NCBI GenBank assembly: GCA_963805945.1
Contig: CAWDVP010000001.1
Span: 320,001-384,000 of the forward strand
DNA length: 64,000 nt
Reading direction: 5' to 3'
Origin: Vulcanimicrobiota bacterium
GTDB lineage: Bacteria > Vulcanimicrobiota > Vulcanimicrobiia > Eremiobacterales > Eremiobacteraceae
The notes beneath the pieces were generated by a model. The model was not told the origin of the DNA and searched no databases. It saw only the letters and a list, made by a program, of their open reading frames with translations. The translations under genes and the position numbers were made by a program. Every line of letters starts with the position of its first letter. Position 1 is the first letter of the stretch. Positions 31,221-41,324 of this stretch are shown here, piece after piece.

Positions 31221-32150
31221 CTACTTCTCGGGCTCGAGGTGGATGAGCACGTGCGCGCGCGGCATAACCCGTTTTATATCGAGCACGATCGTGTCCGACA
31301 GGTCGTGCGCCTGCTTCAGCGGCAGGCCGCCAGGCATCTGGAGATGGAAATCGACGAACTCGCCGCCGCCCGAACGGCGCGTGCGCAGCTTGTGATAGCT
31401 GGCGAAGATGTCTTTGTGACGCTCGATGATCTCGCGGATGAGCTCTTCATCCTCAGGCGGCAGGCGCTGGTCCGTCAATTCGACGAACGCGCGCGCCGTC
31501 AGGTCGTAGGCCGAGTGCGCGATCACGCCGGCGATGACGAGCGAGACGATCGGGTCGAGGATCGTGAGATGCGTGATCTTGATCGCGATGAGCGTCAGCG
31601 CGACGCCGCCCGCCGTCCACACATCCGCACGCAGTTCGGTCGCCTGGGCGGCGATCGCCGGGGAACGCTCGATTTGCGCCACCGCGGCGAGCCGCGCCGA
31701 TACGAAAAGATTGATGACTCCCGACGCAAGCATCACGGCGATGCCGAGGTCGAGATGCTGGACCTGCGCGCCGCTGCGCAGACGTGAGATCGCCTCGAGC
31801 ACGATGAGCGCAGCGATGCCGAGGATGAAGACCGCTTGCAGCGCCGCGCTGATGTTCTCGTATTTGCCATGGCCGTAGGCGTGGTCGTGGTCCGCCGGCC
31901 GCGCGGCCGCGCGCACCGAGAAGAACTGCACGACCGTCATGAAGAGGTCGGATGCCGAATGCACCGCCTCGGATAGCACCGAGACCGATCCCGACACGCT
32001 CCACACCGCGAGCTTCGCGATCACGAGCACGGCGTTGGTGAGGAGCGGCAGACGCAGCGCGCGCAGGCGCACGTCGCCTGCCGCTGCGATCACCTCAGCT
32101 CTTGTCGTCGATGCTCGGGTCGGCGGGGGCGTCGCCTGCGGCGACTCCAT
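31221..32150 (-). CDS. Cation diffusion facilitator transporter
   Basis: SEAVHSASD, PADHDHAYGHGKYE, six TMs, AHDLSD...LIHLEP. Start uncertain (overlaps secF end). Confidence 0.92.
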   Translation of the reverse strand: MESPQATPPPTRASTTRAEVIAAAGDVRLRALRLPLLTNAVLVIAKLAVWSVSGSVSVLSEAVHSASDLFMTVVQFFSVRAAARPADHDHAYGHGKYENISAALQAVFILGIAALIVLEAISRLRSGAQVQHLDLGIAVMLASGVINLFVSARLAAVAQIERSPAIAAQATELRADVWTAGGVALTLIAIKITHLTILDPIVSLVIAGVIAHSAYDLTARAFVELTDQRLPPEDEELIREIIERHKDIFASYHKLRTRRSGGGEFVDFHLQMPGGLPLKQAHDLSDTIVLDIKRVMPRAHVLIHLEPEK

Positions 32151-33333
32151 CCTCTGTCTCCGTCAACACGCTGCCGGCGGCGGCCGGCTCAAAGGTGTCC
32201 GTCGAGAGCCGTTTGCGGCGGTAGTGCGGCGGCGGCGGCGCAGGGCGTTTCTGTTTCGGCGCGATCCGTCGTGCCGCAGCGTTCTGAGCTGAGCCGTCGC
32301 CTGAGGCCACCGCGGCTTCGGTCGCGACCGCGGCGGCGTGCGCTGAGGCGCGTTTGCGGATGTCGTAGTTCTTCCAGATGACGAGCAGCGGGCTCGCGAT
32401 GAAGATCGACGAATACGCGCCGCTGATCACGCCGACGAGCAGGGCGAACGCGAAATTCTTGAGCGTGTCGCCGCCGAACAGCAGCAGCGCGACGAGCACG
32501 ATGACCACGGTGACAAGCGTGTTGACCGAACGCGTCATCGTCTGCAGCAGCGACGTGTTCACCATCTTGTCGTACGGCACGTCGGGCATGAGCCGCGTGT
32601 TCTCGCGGATCCGGTCGAAGATGACGATCGAGTCCATGACCGAGTAGCCGATGACCGTCAACAGCGCCGCAAGGAATGCGTCGTCCGCCTTTCGGTTCGC
32701 GATGGCATAGATGCCGACCATGACGAGCACGTCGTGGATGAGCGCGATGTCGGCCACGATGCCGTAACGCAGCTGGTTGCCGAAGCGGAACGCGATGTAG
32801 AGCAGCTGCAGCAACAGCGCGATGACGAGCGCGGCGAGCGAGCGGTTGAGGTACTCCTTGCTCAGCGACGGCCCGACCGAGGTTATCGCGCTCTGTCCGC
32901 GATCGACCTTCAAGCCGGCGCGATCGAGCGCGTCGAACACGGGGCCAGGATCGCTGATCGACGACTGCGACGCGATGATCGCCCGTTCGTTCGGCGATTT
33001 ATCCTCAGGCTTGCTGGCGAGCTGGATGTTGGCCTCGCCGCGACGCAGCGGCTCGATCGCCGCGCGCAGCTCGGCGTTGCTCGCCTGCTGCTGCGCGGTG
33101 ATGCCCGGTTTGTCGGGAACCTCCACGTTACGCAGTGCGGCCTGGATCTGCGTCTCGCTCACCGATTGCGAGAACTTCACGTCGATGGCCGTGCCGCCGG
33201 TGAAAGACAGCCCGAGCGGCAGACCGTGGTGGATGAAGAGCGCGACGATGCCGGCGAGGATGACCGCGAGCGACAGCCCGAACCAGATGCGGCGCTGGCC
33301 GATGATGTCCCAGTTGAGATTGCGGAAGAACAT
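32095..33333 (-). CDS. secF: Protein translocase subunit SecF
   Basis: LGLSFTGG, SVGPS, IGYSVMDSIVIFDRIREN, GAYSSIFIASP. Confidence 0.96.
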   Translation of the reverse strand: MFFRNLNWDIIGQRRIWFGLSLAVILAGIVALFIHHGLPLGLSFTGGTAIDVKFSQSVSETQIQAALRNVEVPDKPGITAQQQASNAELRAAIEPLRRGEANIQLASKPEDKSPNERAIIASQSSISDPGPVFDALDRAGLKVDRGQSAITSVGPSLSKEYLNRSLAALVIALLLQLLYIAFRFGNQLRYGIVADIALIHDVLVMVGIYAIANRKADDAFLAALLTVIGYSVMDSIVIFDRIRENTRLMPDVPYDKMVNTSLLQTMTRSVNTLVTVVIVLVALLLFGGDTLKNFAFALLVGVISGAYSSIFIASPLLVIWKNYDIRKRASAHAAAVATEAAVASGDGSAQNAAARRIAPKQKRPAPPPPHYRRKRLSTDTFEPAAAGSVLTETEDGVAAGDAPADPSIDDKS

Positions 33334-33341
33334 CTCTCGCC

Positions 33342-34637
33342 CTATGCCCCGTACGCCGCAGGCGCGGTGGCGACGTCGTTATCCACAACCACGTCGACGA
33401 AGGCGCGCGTTATGTACACGGCGGTGAACAGCGAGAAGATGGTGCCCCACAGCAGCGTGAAGGCGAAGCCCTTCACGGTGCCGGTGCCTAGCCAGTACAA
33501 TACGAGCGCGCCGACGATGGTGGTCACGTGGGAGTCGAACACCGTCCAGAACGCGCGCTTGAAGCCGACGCTCACCGCGGCGCGCGTCGTGCGGCCGGCC
33601 CACAGCTCTTCTTTTATGCGTTCGAAGATGAGCACGTTGGCGTCGACGGCCATACCGATAGAGAGCACGAAGCCTGCGATACCCGGCAGCGTCAGCACGA
33701 CGCCGAACGCAGCGATGTAGGCGAGCATCATGAAGCAGTACACGACGAGCGCGATGTCCGCGAGGAAGCCGGGCAGCCGGTAGACGGCGAGCATGAACAG
33801 CAACACGATGCCGAGGCCGACGAGCCCGGCGACGAGCGATTTCTCGAGGTCGATCTGCCCGAGGGTCGGTCCCACGTTCTCAGTCTCGATGATCTTCGTC
33901 GGCACTTTGAGCGCGCCGGCGCTGAGCTCGTTGGCAAGCGTGACGGCTTCTTGCTCAGTGAAGTTGCCGGTGATCTGGCCGTTTGCGCTGATTGCGGACT
34001 GGATGGTCGGACCGGAGACGAAATGCTTGTCGAGGAAGATCGGCAGCGGCTTGCCGACGTTCTTGCTGGTCCAGTCGTAGAACTTCTTGGCGCCGGCCGA
34101 GTTCAAGGTGAAGTCGACGACGTGTCCGCCGACCTGGCCTGCGCCAGCGGTAGCGCTCGACATATCCGCGCCGGTGATGATCGGCAGTTTCGAATCCTTG
34201 TATGCGCCGCTCTCCGCGTATGCCTTGTCGGTGGTGCTCGTCAGCGAGGCGTAGGCGCGCGCGTTCTGCTCGGGGGTGAGCGGGCGCATCTCGAGCACCG
34301 CCGCCTGGCGGATGAGCGTGATCGCCTGCTCCGGATCTCTCAGGCCGGGCATCTCGATATTGATGCGGTTGCTGCCGACCTTCTCGAAGGTGAGTTCGCT
34401 GACGCCGAGACCGCCGAGCCGCGTCTGCAAGACGAGCAGTTCTTGGTTGACGATGTCCGGCGTGATCTTCGGCACGGTATCGGTGGGCTCGAGCTCGACG
34501 AGCGCGCGCAGACCGCCCTGCAGGTCGAGGCCGAGCTTGATCTTCTGCTGCACCGGCGTGAACGCGAAATAGCAGCCCACGCACACGAGCAGGATAATGG
34601 CAAGCTTGATCGGGTTCTTCCAGCGAAACCAGAGCAT
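33342..34637 (-). CDS. secD: Protein translocase subunit SecD
   Basis: KLGLDLQGG, VGPTLG, TLPGIAG, GMAVDANVLIFERIKEE, VKGFA. Confidence 0.97.
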   Translation of the reverse strand: MLWFRWKNPIKLAIILLVCVGCYFAFTPVQQKIKLGLDLQGGLRALVELEPTDTVPKITPDIVNQELLVLQTRLGGLGVSELTFEKVGSNRINIEMPGLRDPEQAITLIRQAAVLEMRPLTPEQNARAYASLTSTTDKAYAESGAYKDSKLPIITGADMSSATAGAGQVGGHVVDFTLNSAGAKKFYDWTSKNVGKPLPIFLDKHFVSGPTIQSAISANGQITGNFTEQEAVTLANELSAGALKVPTKIIETENVGPTLGQIDLEKSLVAGLVGLGIVLLFMLAVYRLPGFLADIALVVYCFMMLAYIAAFGVVLTLPGIAGFVLSIGMAVDANVLIFERIKEELWAGRTTRAAVSVGFKRAFWTVFDSHVTTIVGALVLYWLGTGTVKGFAFTLLWGTIFSLFTAVYITRAFVDVVVDNDVATAPAAYGA

Positions 34638-34712
34638 TAAAAGAGGGGAGACCTTTCAACGGCAGATCGCGGCCTGAGACGGTTCGCCAGACGCCCACTC
34701 AACCCTGGCGAA

Positions 34713-36785
34713 CTACGGCGATGAGATTGTGGACCGCACCTCGACCGCGAACCCGGGCGCGATCTCGGCGAGACTGAGCACCGTCGCTCGCACCCCGCAC
34801 AGTTCGACAAATCTCGCAAGCGGGAGACGCAGGCTCGGCGCACATATGATGACCGCGCCAGGCACATCGCGCGTCGTCTCCGCGAGGCGCCCCGCGAATG
34901 CTCGCGCAACGTCGGGCTCGAGCGCGAGCGCGACACCCCGTTCGCTGATGGCGAGCGCTGAGGCGAGGCGTTCTTCCGTTTCCGTCGATAGCGCAGCGGC
35001 CACGATCACCCCGGACGGTGATGCCAGCCCGGCGCAGATCGCAGGCGCCAGCCGCCGGCGTGCCGCTTCGCCGATGGCTGCGGCATCCTTTGTATGCTCG
35101 GCTTCGTCTGCGATCGTCTCCAACACCGCGACGAGATCCCGGATCGAGACCCGTTCTCGCACCAAATGCTGCAGCACGCGTTGGATGAGGCCGAGTCCCA
35201 CGAGTTCAGGCACGACGCCTTTGATCACCGCTGGATTGGTGCGGCGTACGTGGTCGAGCAGCCATTGCACCTCCTGCCGACCGAGCAACGCCGCGGCGTG
35301 CTCGCGCGCGACGACGCCGAGCATGCTGGTGAGCACGGCGATAGGGTCGACCACGATGGCCGAATCATCGGGCCGAGTCGAAGTTCTGTCTGCCACACCT
35401 CGTCCGTCCGCTGAACCGCTGTCGGCGAGCCATTTCGCCGACAGACCGGTGACCGGGTCTGACGTCGCGTCGCCACGCAGGCGCGATAACGCCGCGGGCG
35501 CGCCGATCGCGAGCGCTCGGTCCGGGTGGAGGTGGTCGCGCGCGACAACACGATCGCGGACCCGGATCGCAAAGGCTCTGCTGGGAAGACGGAGGTCATC
35601 GCGGATGTGGACGCCCGGCAACACGACGCCTAACTCGAGCGCGAGCGCTTGACGAAGCGCCCCTATGCGCTGCAGCAACACGCTTCCAGCGGGCTCGTCG
35701 AGCAGCGGCAGCAGCGCCTCCCCGACGTCGATGCCGAGCTGCTCGACGCCGAGGAGCGCAACAGCGCCTTCGGGTTTGGCGGAGTCGGCACGTTTGCGCT
35801 GCCGTTCGCGAGCGTCCGCGGCATCTCGCCGTTGGGCATTCGTTCGCTCTGCAGCACCACTCCCCACAAGCCCGAGCACTCCCAGCACCCCGAATGCCAC
35901 GTGCGGCAGCCCGGGCACGAGCGCGAGTGCGACCATCGCCGCACCGACGGTGCGCAGCGCAGCCGGGTGCGCGATGATCTGCTTGGTGAGGTCCGCTCCG
36001 AAACTCTCACCTGAGGAGGAGCGCGTGACCATGACACCCATCGCCGTCGACAGCATGAACGCGGGCATAGTGGTCGCCAGCGCATTGCCGATCGACAGCA
36101 CGGTGAAGGTCTGCGCGGCTCCAGCTGCATCCATATGGCGCGCGACCACACCGATGCCGATGCCGGCGACGATATTGATGGCGACGATGATGAGCGCTGC
36201 GATAGCGTCACCGCGGACGAACTTCCCCGCGCCGTCCATGGCGCCATAGAAATCGGCGTGTCCTTGGACTGCGGCGCGTTTCGCTTTCGCCTCCGCGGCA
36301 TCGATCATCCCCGCGTGCAGGTCGGCGTCGATCGCCATTTGTTTGCCAGGCATCGCGTCCAAAGTGAAGCGTGCTGCTACTTCAGCCACACGCTGTGCCC
36401 CGTTGGTGACGACGACCAGCTGCACGACGATGAGGATGACGAACATGAGCAGCCCGACGACGACGTTGCCGCGAGTGACGAAGTCGCCGAACGCCGGGAT
36501 GACCGCGCCCACGCCGCCCGCCTCCCCGCCCTGCGTCAGGATGAGGCGCGTCGCCGAGACGTCGAGCGCAAGGCGGAACAGCGTGGCGACCAACAGCAGC
36601 GCCGGGAATGCGCCGAAGTCCAGCGGTTCGGCGACCGAAAGCGCGACCACAAGGACGGCCGCCGCACCCATGATGTCAAGCGCGAGGAGTATGTCGAGCA
36701 GCCATGGGGGCAGCGGTACGACTAACATCGCGACGATCGCGAGCACTGCGGTGGCAAGAGCGGCGCCACTCGTCGGTCGCGGCAC
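34713..36785 (-). CDS. flhA: Flagellar/T3SS export gate FlhA (FHIPEP)
   Basis: VPLPPWLLDILL, FPALLLVATLFRLAL, RVAEVAARFTLDAMPGKQMAIDADL, FYGAMDGAGKFVRGDA, ERVSIRDL. GTG start at 36785. Confidence 0.93.
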   Translation of the reverse strand: MPRPTSGAALATAVLAIVAMLVVPLPPWLLDILLALDIMGAAAVLVVALSVAEPLDFGAFPALLLVATLFRLALDVSATRLILTQGGEAGGVGAVIPAFGDFVTRGNVVVGLLMFVILIVVQLVVVTNGAQRVAEVAARFTLDAMPGKQMAIDADLHAGMIDAAEAKAKRAAVQGHADFYGAMDGAGKFVRGDAIAALIIVAINIVAGIGIGVVARHMDAAGAAQTFTVLSIGNALATTMPAFMLSTAMGVMVTRSSSGESFGADLTKQIIAHPAALRTVGAAMVALALVPGLPHVAFGVLGVLGLVGSGAAERTNAQRRDAADARERQRKRADSAKPEGAVALLGVEQLGIDVGEALLPLLDEPAGSVLLQRIGALRQALALELGVVLPGVHIRDDLRLPSRAFAIRVRDRVVARDHLHPDRALAIGAPAALSRLRGDATSDPVTGLSAKWLADSGSADGRGVADRTSTRPDDSAIVVDPIAVLTSMLGVVAREHAAALLGRQEVQWLLDHVRRTNPAVIKGVVPELVGLGLIQRVLQHLVRERVSIRDLVAVLETIADEAEHTKDAAAIGEAARRRLAPAICAGLASPSGVIVAAALSTETEERLASALAISERGVALALEPDVARAFAGRLAETTRDVPGAVIICAPSLRLPLARFVELCGVRATVLSLAEIAPGFAVEVRSTISSP

Positions 36786-36790
36786 GGCCC

Positions 36791-37855
36791 CTAATCCGAT
36801 CCGCGCAGCATGCCGCGCGTTTGCAGCAGGAAGGCGAATATCGCCGCGACCGCGGCATAACAGTCCTCTGGAATAGGCTCGCCGAGCGCCGAACGCGCAT
36901 ACAGCGTGCGCGCGAGGTCCGGCGACTCGACGATCGGCACGTCGTGCGCTGCCGCGATCGCGCGTACGAGCCCGGCGGTAAGATCCGCACCGCGCGAGAC
37001 GACCGTCGGTACATCGATGTCCGGCGGCGCATAGCGCAGCGCGATCGCCACGTGTGTCGGATTGACCACCACCGCCGTCGCGTTGGCGATCGCCGAAAAC
37101 TTGGACGTTGCGCACTCTTTGCGCGCCCTGGCGCCGCCGGTGCGCCTTTATTTCTGGGCGACCCTCAGCCTCGGTGCGCTCTTCGCGCACCTCGCGTGGC
37201 GTCATTCGCGAAGCGAACATCCCACGCCGGCGAACGCGCAATGCGTCGCAAGCGGCGAGCACGGCAAGCGCAAGCGCGATGCGCCACCAGAAGCCGTGCA
37301 TCGCGTCGCCGATTGCCGCCGCTTCGATGGCGGAGCCGGACCGGCCACCGCTAGCACGATGATCGCTTGTGCCGCGGGCAGTGCGCACGAAAGCACCATG
37401 ATGACGGCGAGAAGCGCCATCGCCGCGTGTGCCGCGCCGTCGACGCTCGCGAGCTGACGCGCGCCCGCTGTCCACGAAAGGCGATCAAAACGCGGTCGCA
37501 GCGCCATCGCTGCGAAGCCGAGCGCTCCTCCGGCGGCGGATGCCCCGAGCGCGGCGATGCATGCCACCAGGGCAGCGCTCCCGACGATCCACCAGCCGTT
37601 CGCCCATTCGAGCCAACGCATGGTCACAGCTCCGATCGTGATGCCATGTGGGTCGCGGGCCGCCCAGGTGGCGGCAGCGCGCCACATCGCGATCCAACTC
37701 GGGGCCGAGGCGCGCGCGACAGTGGCGGGTACGACGGCGAGACCAAGCGCGAGCCAGCTTGCGAAGGTAGCGCTCTGGGGCCAGCGCCCTTCGGCCTTGA
37801 CGCGGTCGAGGCGGCGTGGGGTCGGTTGCTCGGTGCGCTCCTGCGCGCCGCTCAC
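36791..37855 (-). CDS. flhB: Flagellar/T3SS export switch FlhB (two frameshifts, ~37330 and ~37100)
   Basis: N-terminal ERTEQPTPRRLDRVKAEG; MTPREVREERTEAEGRPEIK; VVNPTHVAIALRY autocleavage motif; VPIVESPDLARTLY. Confidence 0.85.
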
Positions 37856-38568
37856 GCAGCGTGCGCGGCTCGAGCGGCGGCTGCCGCGATACGGACCAAC
37901 GCGACGAGCGTGGCAGGAATGCCTACGACAACCGCGATCAGGCCGAGCACCGAGCCGAGCGGCTGCGCGAGCAGCATGCCATTGATCCGCGGCGCCATGC
38001 GTGCGACGACGCCCGCGATGAGCACGGCAAGCATCTGTGCTGCGAGCAGCGGGAGTGACAGTCCCAGTGCGCAGGCGAAGAGCGTTCCTCCAAGATGCGT
38101 GACGCCGGCGCTTGCGACATGAACGGACGCTGCGCTGAGCGCGGCCAGGAATCCAGCGACCGCAAACGTCATCGCACCGGTGCCGGAGAAGACGAGCGCG
38201 AACGCCAGCGGCAGCAGGGTTGCGAATGGCCCCGCGCTGCGACCGAAAACCCGATCGAATCCGGCGGGCGGAGCCGCAAGAGCACCATCGATCAGCGCAC
38301 CTGCGGACGATACGCTGCCGGCGACGATTGAAGCGCTCAGTCCCGCGCTCGCACCGAAGGCCGCCGCGACCACGACCTGCCATATCGCTTCAAGAGGCGA
38401 CGCAATCACCGTGACGTGAGCCGCCGCGAGCGGCGTGACCGAAAGCGCGAGCCCGGCGCGGACGAAGGACGGCACCGCTCTCGAGCCCGCGAGCGGCACG
38501 GTCGCGGCGAGCGCCGCGGAACCTGCAAGCGCCACCGCATAGGGCGCACCGGTGAAAGCGTCTACCAT
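37852..38568 (-). CDS. fliR: FliR-like export apparatus protein (divergent)
   Basis: Hydrophobic 238 aa, VPSFVRAGLAL, LSLPLLAA...GVVARMAPRIN; lies between fliQ and flhB. Confidence 0.75.
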   Translation of the reverse strand: MVDAFTGAPYAVALAGSAALAATVPLAGSRAVPSFVRAGLALSVTPLAAAHVTVIASPLEAIWQVVVAAAFGASAGLSASIVAGSVSSAGALIDGALAAPPAGFDRVFGRSAGPFATLLPLAFALVFSGTGAMTFAVAGFLAALSAASVHVASAGVTHLGGTLFACALGLSLPLLAAQMLAVLIAGVVARMAPRINGMLLAQPLGSVLGLIAVVVGIPATLVALVRIAAAAARAAHAA

Positions 38569-38596
38569 TTGGTGAAACCCGAGCGGCGCTCGGGCA

Positions 38597-38875
38597 CTAC
38601 AGAACGCCCCGACCGAGCAGATGTAGCGATTCCTTGGCTGCGGTGGCGAAGAGCGCTTCGAGCAGTGCGAGTGCCGGAACGCCCGCGATGGCGACCAATG
38701 CCGCGACGACGACCAGTTTTGGAAGAAATGAAACGTTCTGATCCTGCACCTGGAAGATCGTCTGGATCACGCCGACGACGATCCCGGTCACCGCGACGGC
38801 CGCGACGATTGGCAGCGCGAGCAGCAGCGCGACATGCATGGCACCGGCCATGAGATGTGTCGCTGCGTGCAACAT
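38597..38875 (-). CDS. fliQ: FliQ export apparatus protein
   Basis: GIVVGVIQTIFQVQDQNVSFLPKL. Confidence 0.9.
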   Translation of the reverse strand: MLHAATHLMAGAMHVALLLALPIVAAVAVTGIVVGVIQTIFQVQDQNVSFLPKLVVVAALVAIAGVPALALLEALFATAAKESLHLLGRGVL

Positions 38876-38881
38876 CTCAGG

Positions 38882-39536
38882 CTACCGGAACGACGACACC
38901 AGCGCCTGGCACACGGTCGTCCAGCCGTCGGCCGCGACGAAGACCAGGAGTTTGCAGGGCAGCGAGATCGATGCGGGCGAGACCATGAACATCCCGAGCG
39001 ACATCATCACCGTCGCCACGACGATATCGATCACAGCGAACGGCAGCATGAGCGCGAAGCCCATCGCAAATGCCGCCCGCAGTTCGCCGACCATGAATGC
39101 GGGGGCCACGACCGCCAGTGGTGGGTCACTTGTGCCCGGTCGTTCTGCTCAAGCGAGCGAATGCGGCGACATCCGACGCGCGCGTTTGACGCAGCATGAA
39201 GTGCCTGAGGGCTTCGGAACCGCGGTCGAATGCCTGACCTTCGGAGATCCGGTGTGCAAGATACGGTGCGACCGCCTCAGCCCGCACATGCGCGAGCGTC
39301 GGAGCCATCACGATCCCGCTCAGCAGGATCGCGAGCGCGATCAGCACCGCGTTCGGCGGGAGCGACTGCGCGCCGAGCGCTGCGCGCAGCAGACCGAGCA
39401 CGACGACGATGCGCGTGAACGACGTCGCGGACACTGCCAACAACGGGATGAGGCTCAGGCCGAAGAGCACCACGAGCAGGTCAAGCGGCGATCCGCCTCG
39501 CGCCGATCCGTGCAACACATGCGATAGCTCACTCAC
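38882..39536 (-). CDS. fliP: FliP export apparatus protein, frameshifted near 39125
   Basis: TSFTRIVVVLGLLRAALGAQSLPPN; PAFMVGELRAAF, IDIVVATVMMSLGMFMVSPASISLPCKLLVFVAADGW. Confidence 0.92.
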
Positions 39537-39808
39537 TGCCGTCCTCCGATGCCGACACGCGCGCCCTTATCTGGTTGATCTCCACGGCCAAGGTTCCGTC
39601 GTCGAGTTCGACGATGTCGCCGGTGGCGACCGCGACGCCGTTGACGAGGAGGTCCACCGGCGAGTCGGCGCGGACGTCGAGCGGCACGATGGTCCCTTCC
39701 GCGAAGGCGAGCACGTCACCGACCCGGCAGCGCGCGGCGCCTCAGCGCGACTGAGACCGACACCTCGACATCGCCGAGGGCGGCGAGCGTGAGTATCCCG
39801 CCGCTCAT
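39529..39808 (-). CDS. fliN: FliN-like SPOA protein, frameshifted near 39725
   Basis: LGDVEVSVSVAL then DVLAFAEGTIVPLD...PVDLLVNGVAVATGDIV...LAVEI. ATG overlaps upstream stop. Confidence 0.8.
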
Positions 39809-40578
39809 CGCGAGCGTAGCATCGCGCTGCCAGTGAGGCGGATGGCGCGCGATCCGTTCGCACTACCGACGACGCCGTACATGACTGGCCCTCGCTCCAT
39901 CACGAGTTCTGCAGCGAGCTCGCCGGCGGGCAGTGCGAGCGCGGTTCCGATCGACCAAGCCGACAGCGCTGTCAGCGAGCTGCGCACCGCGAAAAGGCGC
40001 GCCGAGAGCAGCAGGGGTACATCGTCGAGCGGTGGCTGGCCGCTCGGCACTCTTGGGATGATCGCTGCGGCGCGGGTGAACAGTTGCAATAACGCCACTC
40101 CTCGCCCCCCGGCGGTGAGGTCGATGTTGCATCGCCACATCCCGGCCGGCGGCGCCTCTAAGGAAGCATCGACCCAGCGGTTCACGGGCGATGAGGAGAG
40201 CAATCGGTCGATGCACTCGGCCACGATGGTGCGCTCCATGGCGGTCGGTGTCGCCGCTCCCGGCCCTGCCAAAACGAACTCAAGCAATCCGCGTTGCGCG
40301 TCAGCGGAAAGCGCACACCAGAACGACCGGTTGCCGGACTCGCTGTGCCAGACGCGATTCGAGGGAACTGCCGAGTAATCGCCGCGAGCCGGCGGGCCGT
40401 ATGCCGATTGCGCGCCTCCACGGAACACGCTTTCTGCGCGAATGCCGATACCTCGCGCGATTTCTTCCAGAAAGTGCGGCCCGTCATCGTCAGGCTCGGG
40501 CGCGAGCTCGCGCGGCCCTCGCCACGTTGCCCTGCGCAAACGACGTGTGGCCCGCTGCTGCGACCAAGCCGCATTCAT
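39805..40578 (-). CDS. Divergent FliM/SctQ-like protein with C-terminal SPOA-like segment
   Basis: LLEFVLAG...PTAMERTIVAECID (FliM-like) and LDDVPLLLSARL...GVVGSANGSRAIRL. ATGA-coupled at both ends. Confidence 0.55.
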   Translation of the reverse strand: MNAAWSQQRATRRLRRATWRGPRELAPEPDDDGPHFLEEIARGIGIRAESVFRGGAQSAYGPPARGDYSAVPSNRVWHSESGNRSFWCALSADAQRGLLEFVLAGPGAATPTAMERTIVAECIDRLLSSSPVNRWVDASLEAPPAGMWRCNIDLTAGGRGVALLQLFTRAAAIIPRVPSGQPPLDDVPLLLSARLFAVRSSLTALSAWSIGTALALPAGELAAELVMERGPVMYGVVGSANGSRAIRLTGSAMLRSR

Positions 40579-41324
40579 CGCACGAGGCCGAGCGCGGTAC
40601 GAGTGCATGCGTCCGATGCGCCTGCCAGCGCCGTCGCGAGCTCGCCCTTGCGGCGCAGCACCCATAGGGTGTTGAGGTCCGCTTGGATGTCAACCGCGCC
40701 TGCGGCGAGGGAGTGCGCGCGCAACAGCCCCGTCCCCTTTTCGCCCGGTCGCATCAGCAATGGAATGCCGGCCGCTCGCGTTGCCACGAGGCTCGTCTCG
40801 TCGACGCGGGCAAGCCGCTCAGGCACCGGAAATACGGCGAGGGCGAGTCGCGCAAGCGGCACCGCTTCCTCGCGTCGGCGTTTGCTTCTCCCATCGACGC
40901 GGTGGATCACGCCGCTCAACACTCCGTTCTCGTCGAATCGATACGAATCGAAGCGATGCGCCGCGATGTCCGCCGCATCCACGGCGATCGGCGCAGCGGC
41001 CTGGGCGTCGCCGCTTCTGGTGGGGCGGAAACCGACCGCCTGTCGCCCAGCTCCATCGAGAAGTCGGCCTTGATCGTCGATGCGGAAATCGCCGAGCCTG
41101 CTGAACAGACGATGACCGTGGTCCTCGAACACGAAGAGCCCAGGTCCGTCCACTGCGACCGAGAGGGGCCCCGCGCTCGGCACGAAGCGACTTGCCCCGG
41201 TCCGCGAGCCTGCGTCGACGAGGGTATTTGCCGATCTTTCCGCTGCGTCGCCGGTCGCGCCCGTGACCATGGCCCGACGAAGGTCTTCGATCGTCGCGGT
41301 CACTTGCGAACTGATGTCTATCAT
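40575..41324 (-). CDS. Divergent flagellar rod/hook-family (FlgE/F/G-like) protein
   Basis: GPLSVAVDGPGLFVF, FSRLGDFRIDDQGRLLDGAG, LARLALAVFPVPERL, LAAGAVDIQADL. Confidence 0.7.
   Translation of the reverse strand: MIDISSQVTATIEDLRRAMVTGATGDAAERSANTLVDAGSRTGASRFVPSAGPLSVAVDGPGLFVFEDHGHRLFSRLGDFRIDDQGRLLDGAGRQAVGFRPTRSGDAQAAAPIAVDAADIAAHRFDSYRFDENGVLSGVIHRVDGRSKRRREEAVPLARLALAVFPVPERLARVDETSLVATRAAGIPLLMRPGEKGTGLLRAHSLAAGAVDIQADLNTLWVLRRKGELATALAGASDACTRTALGLVR

Noticed and set aside
34713..37475. 920-aa FlhB-FlhA fusion
   Set aside because: FlhB fragments lie in three frames and the NPTH fragment has its own stop at 36791; flhA starts at 36785.
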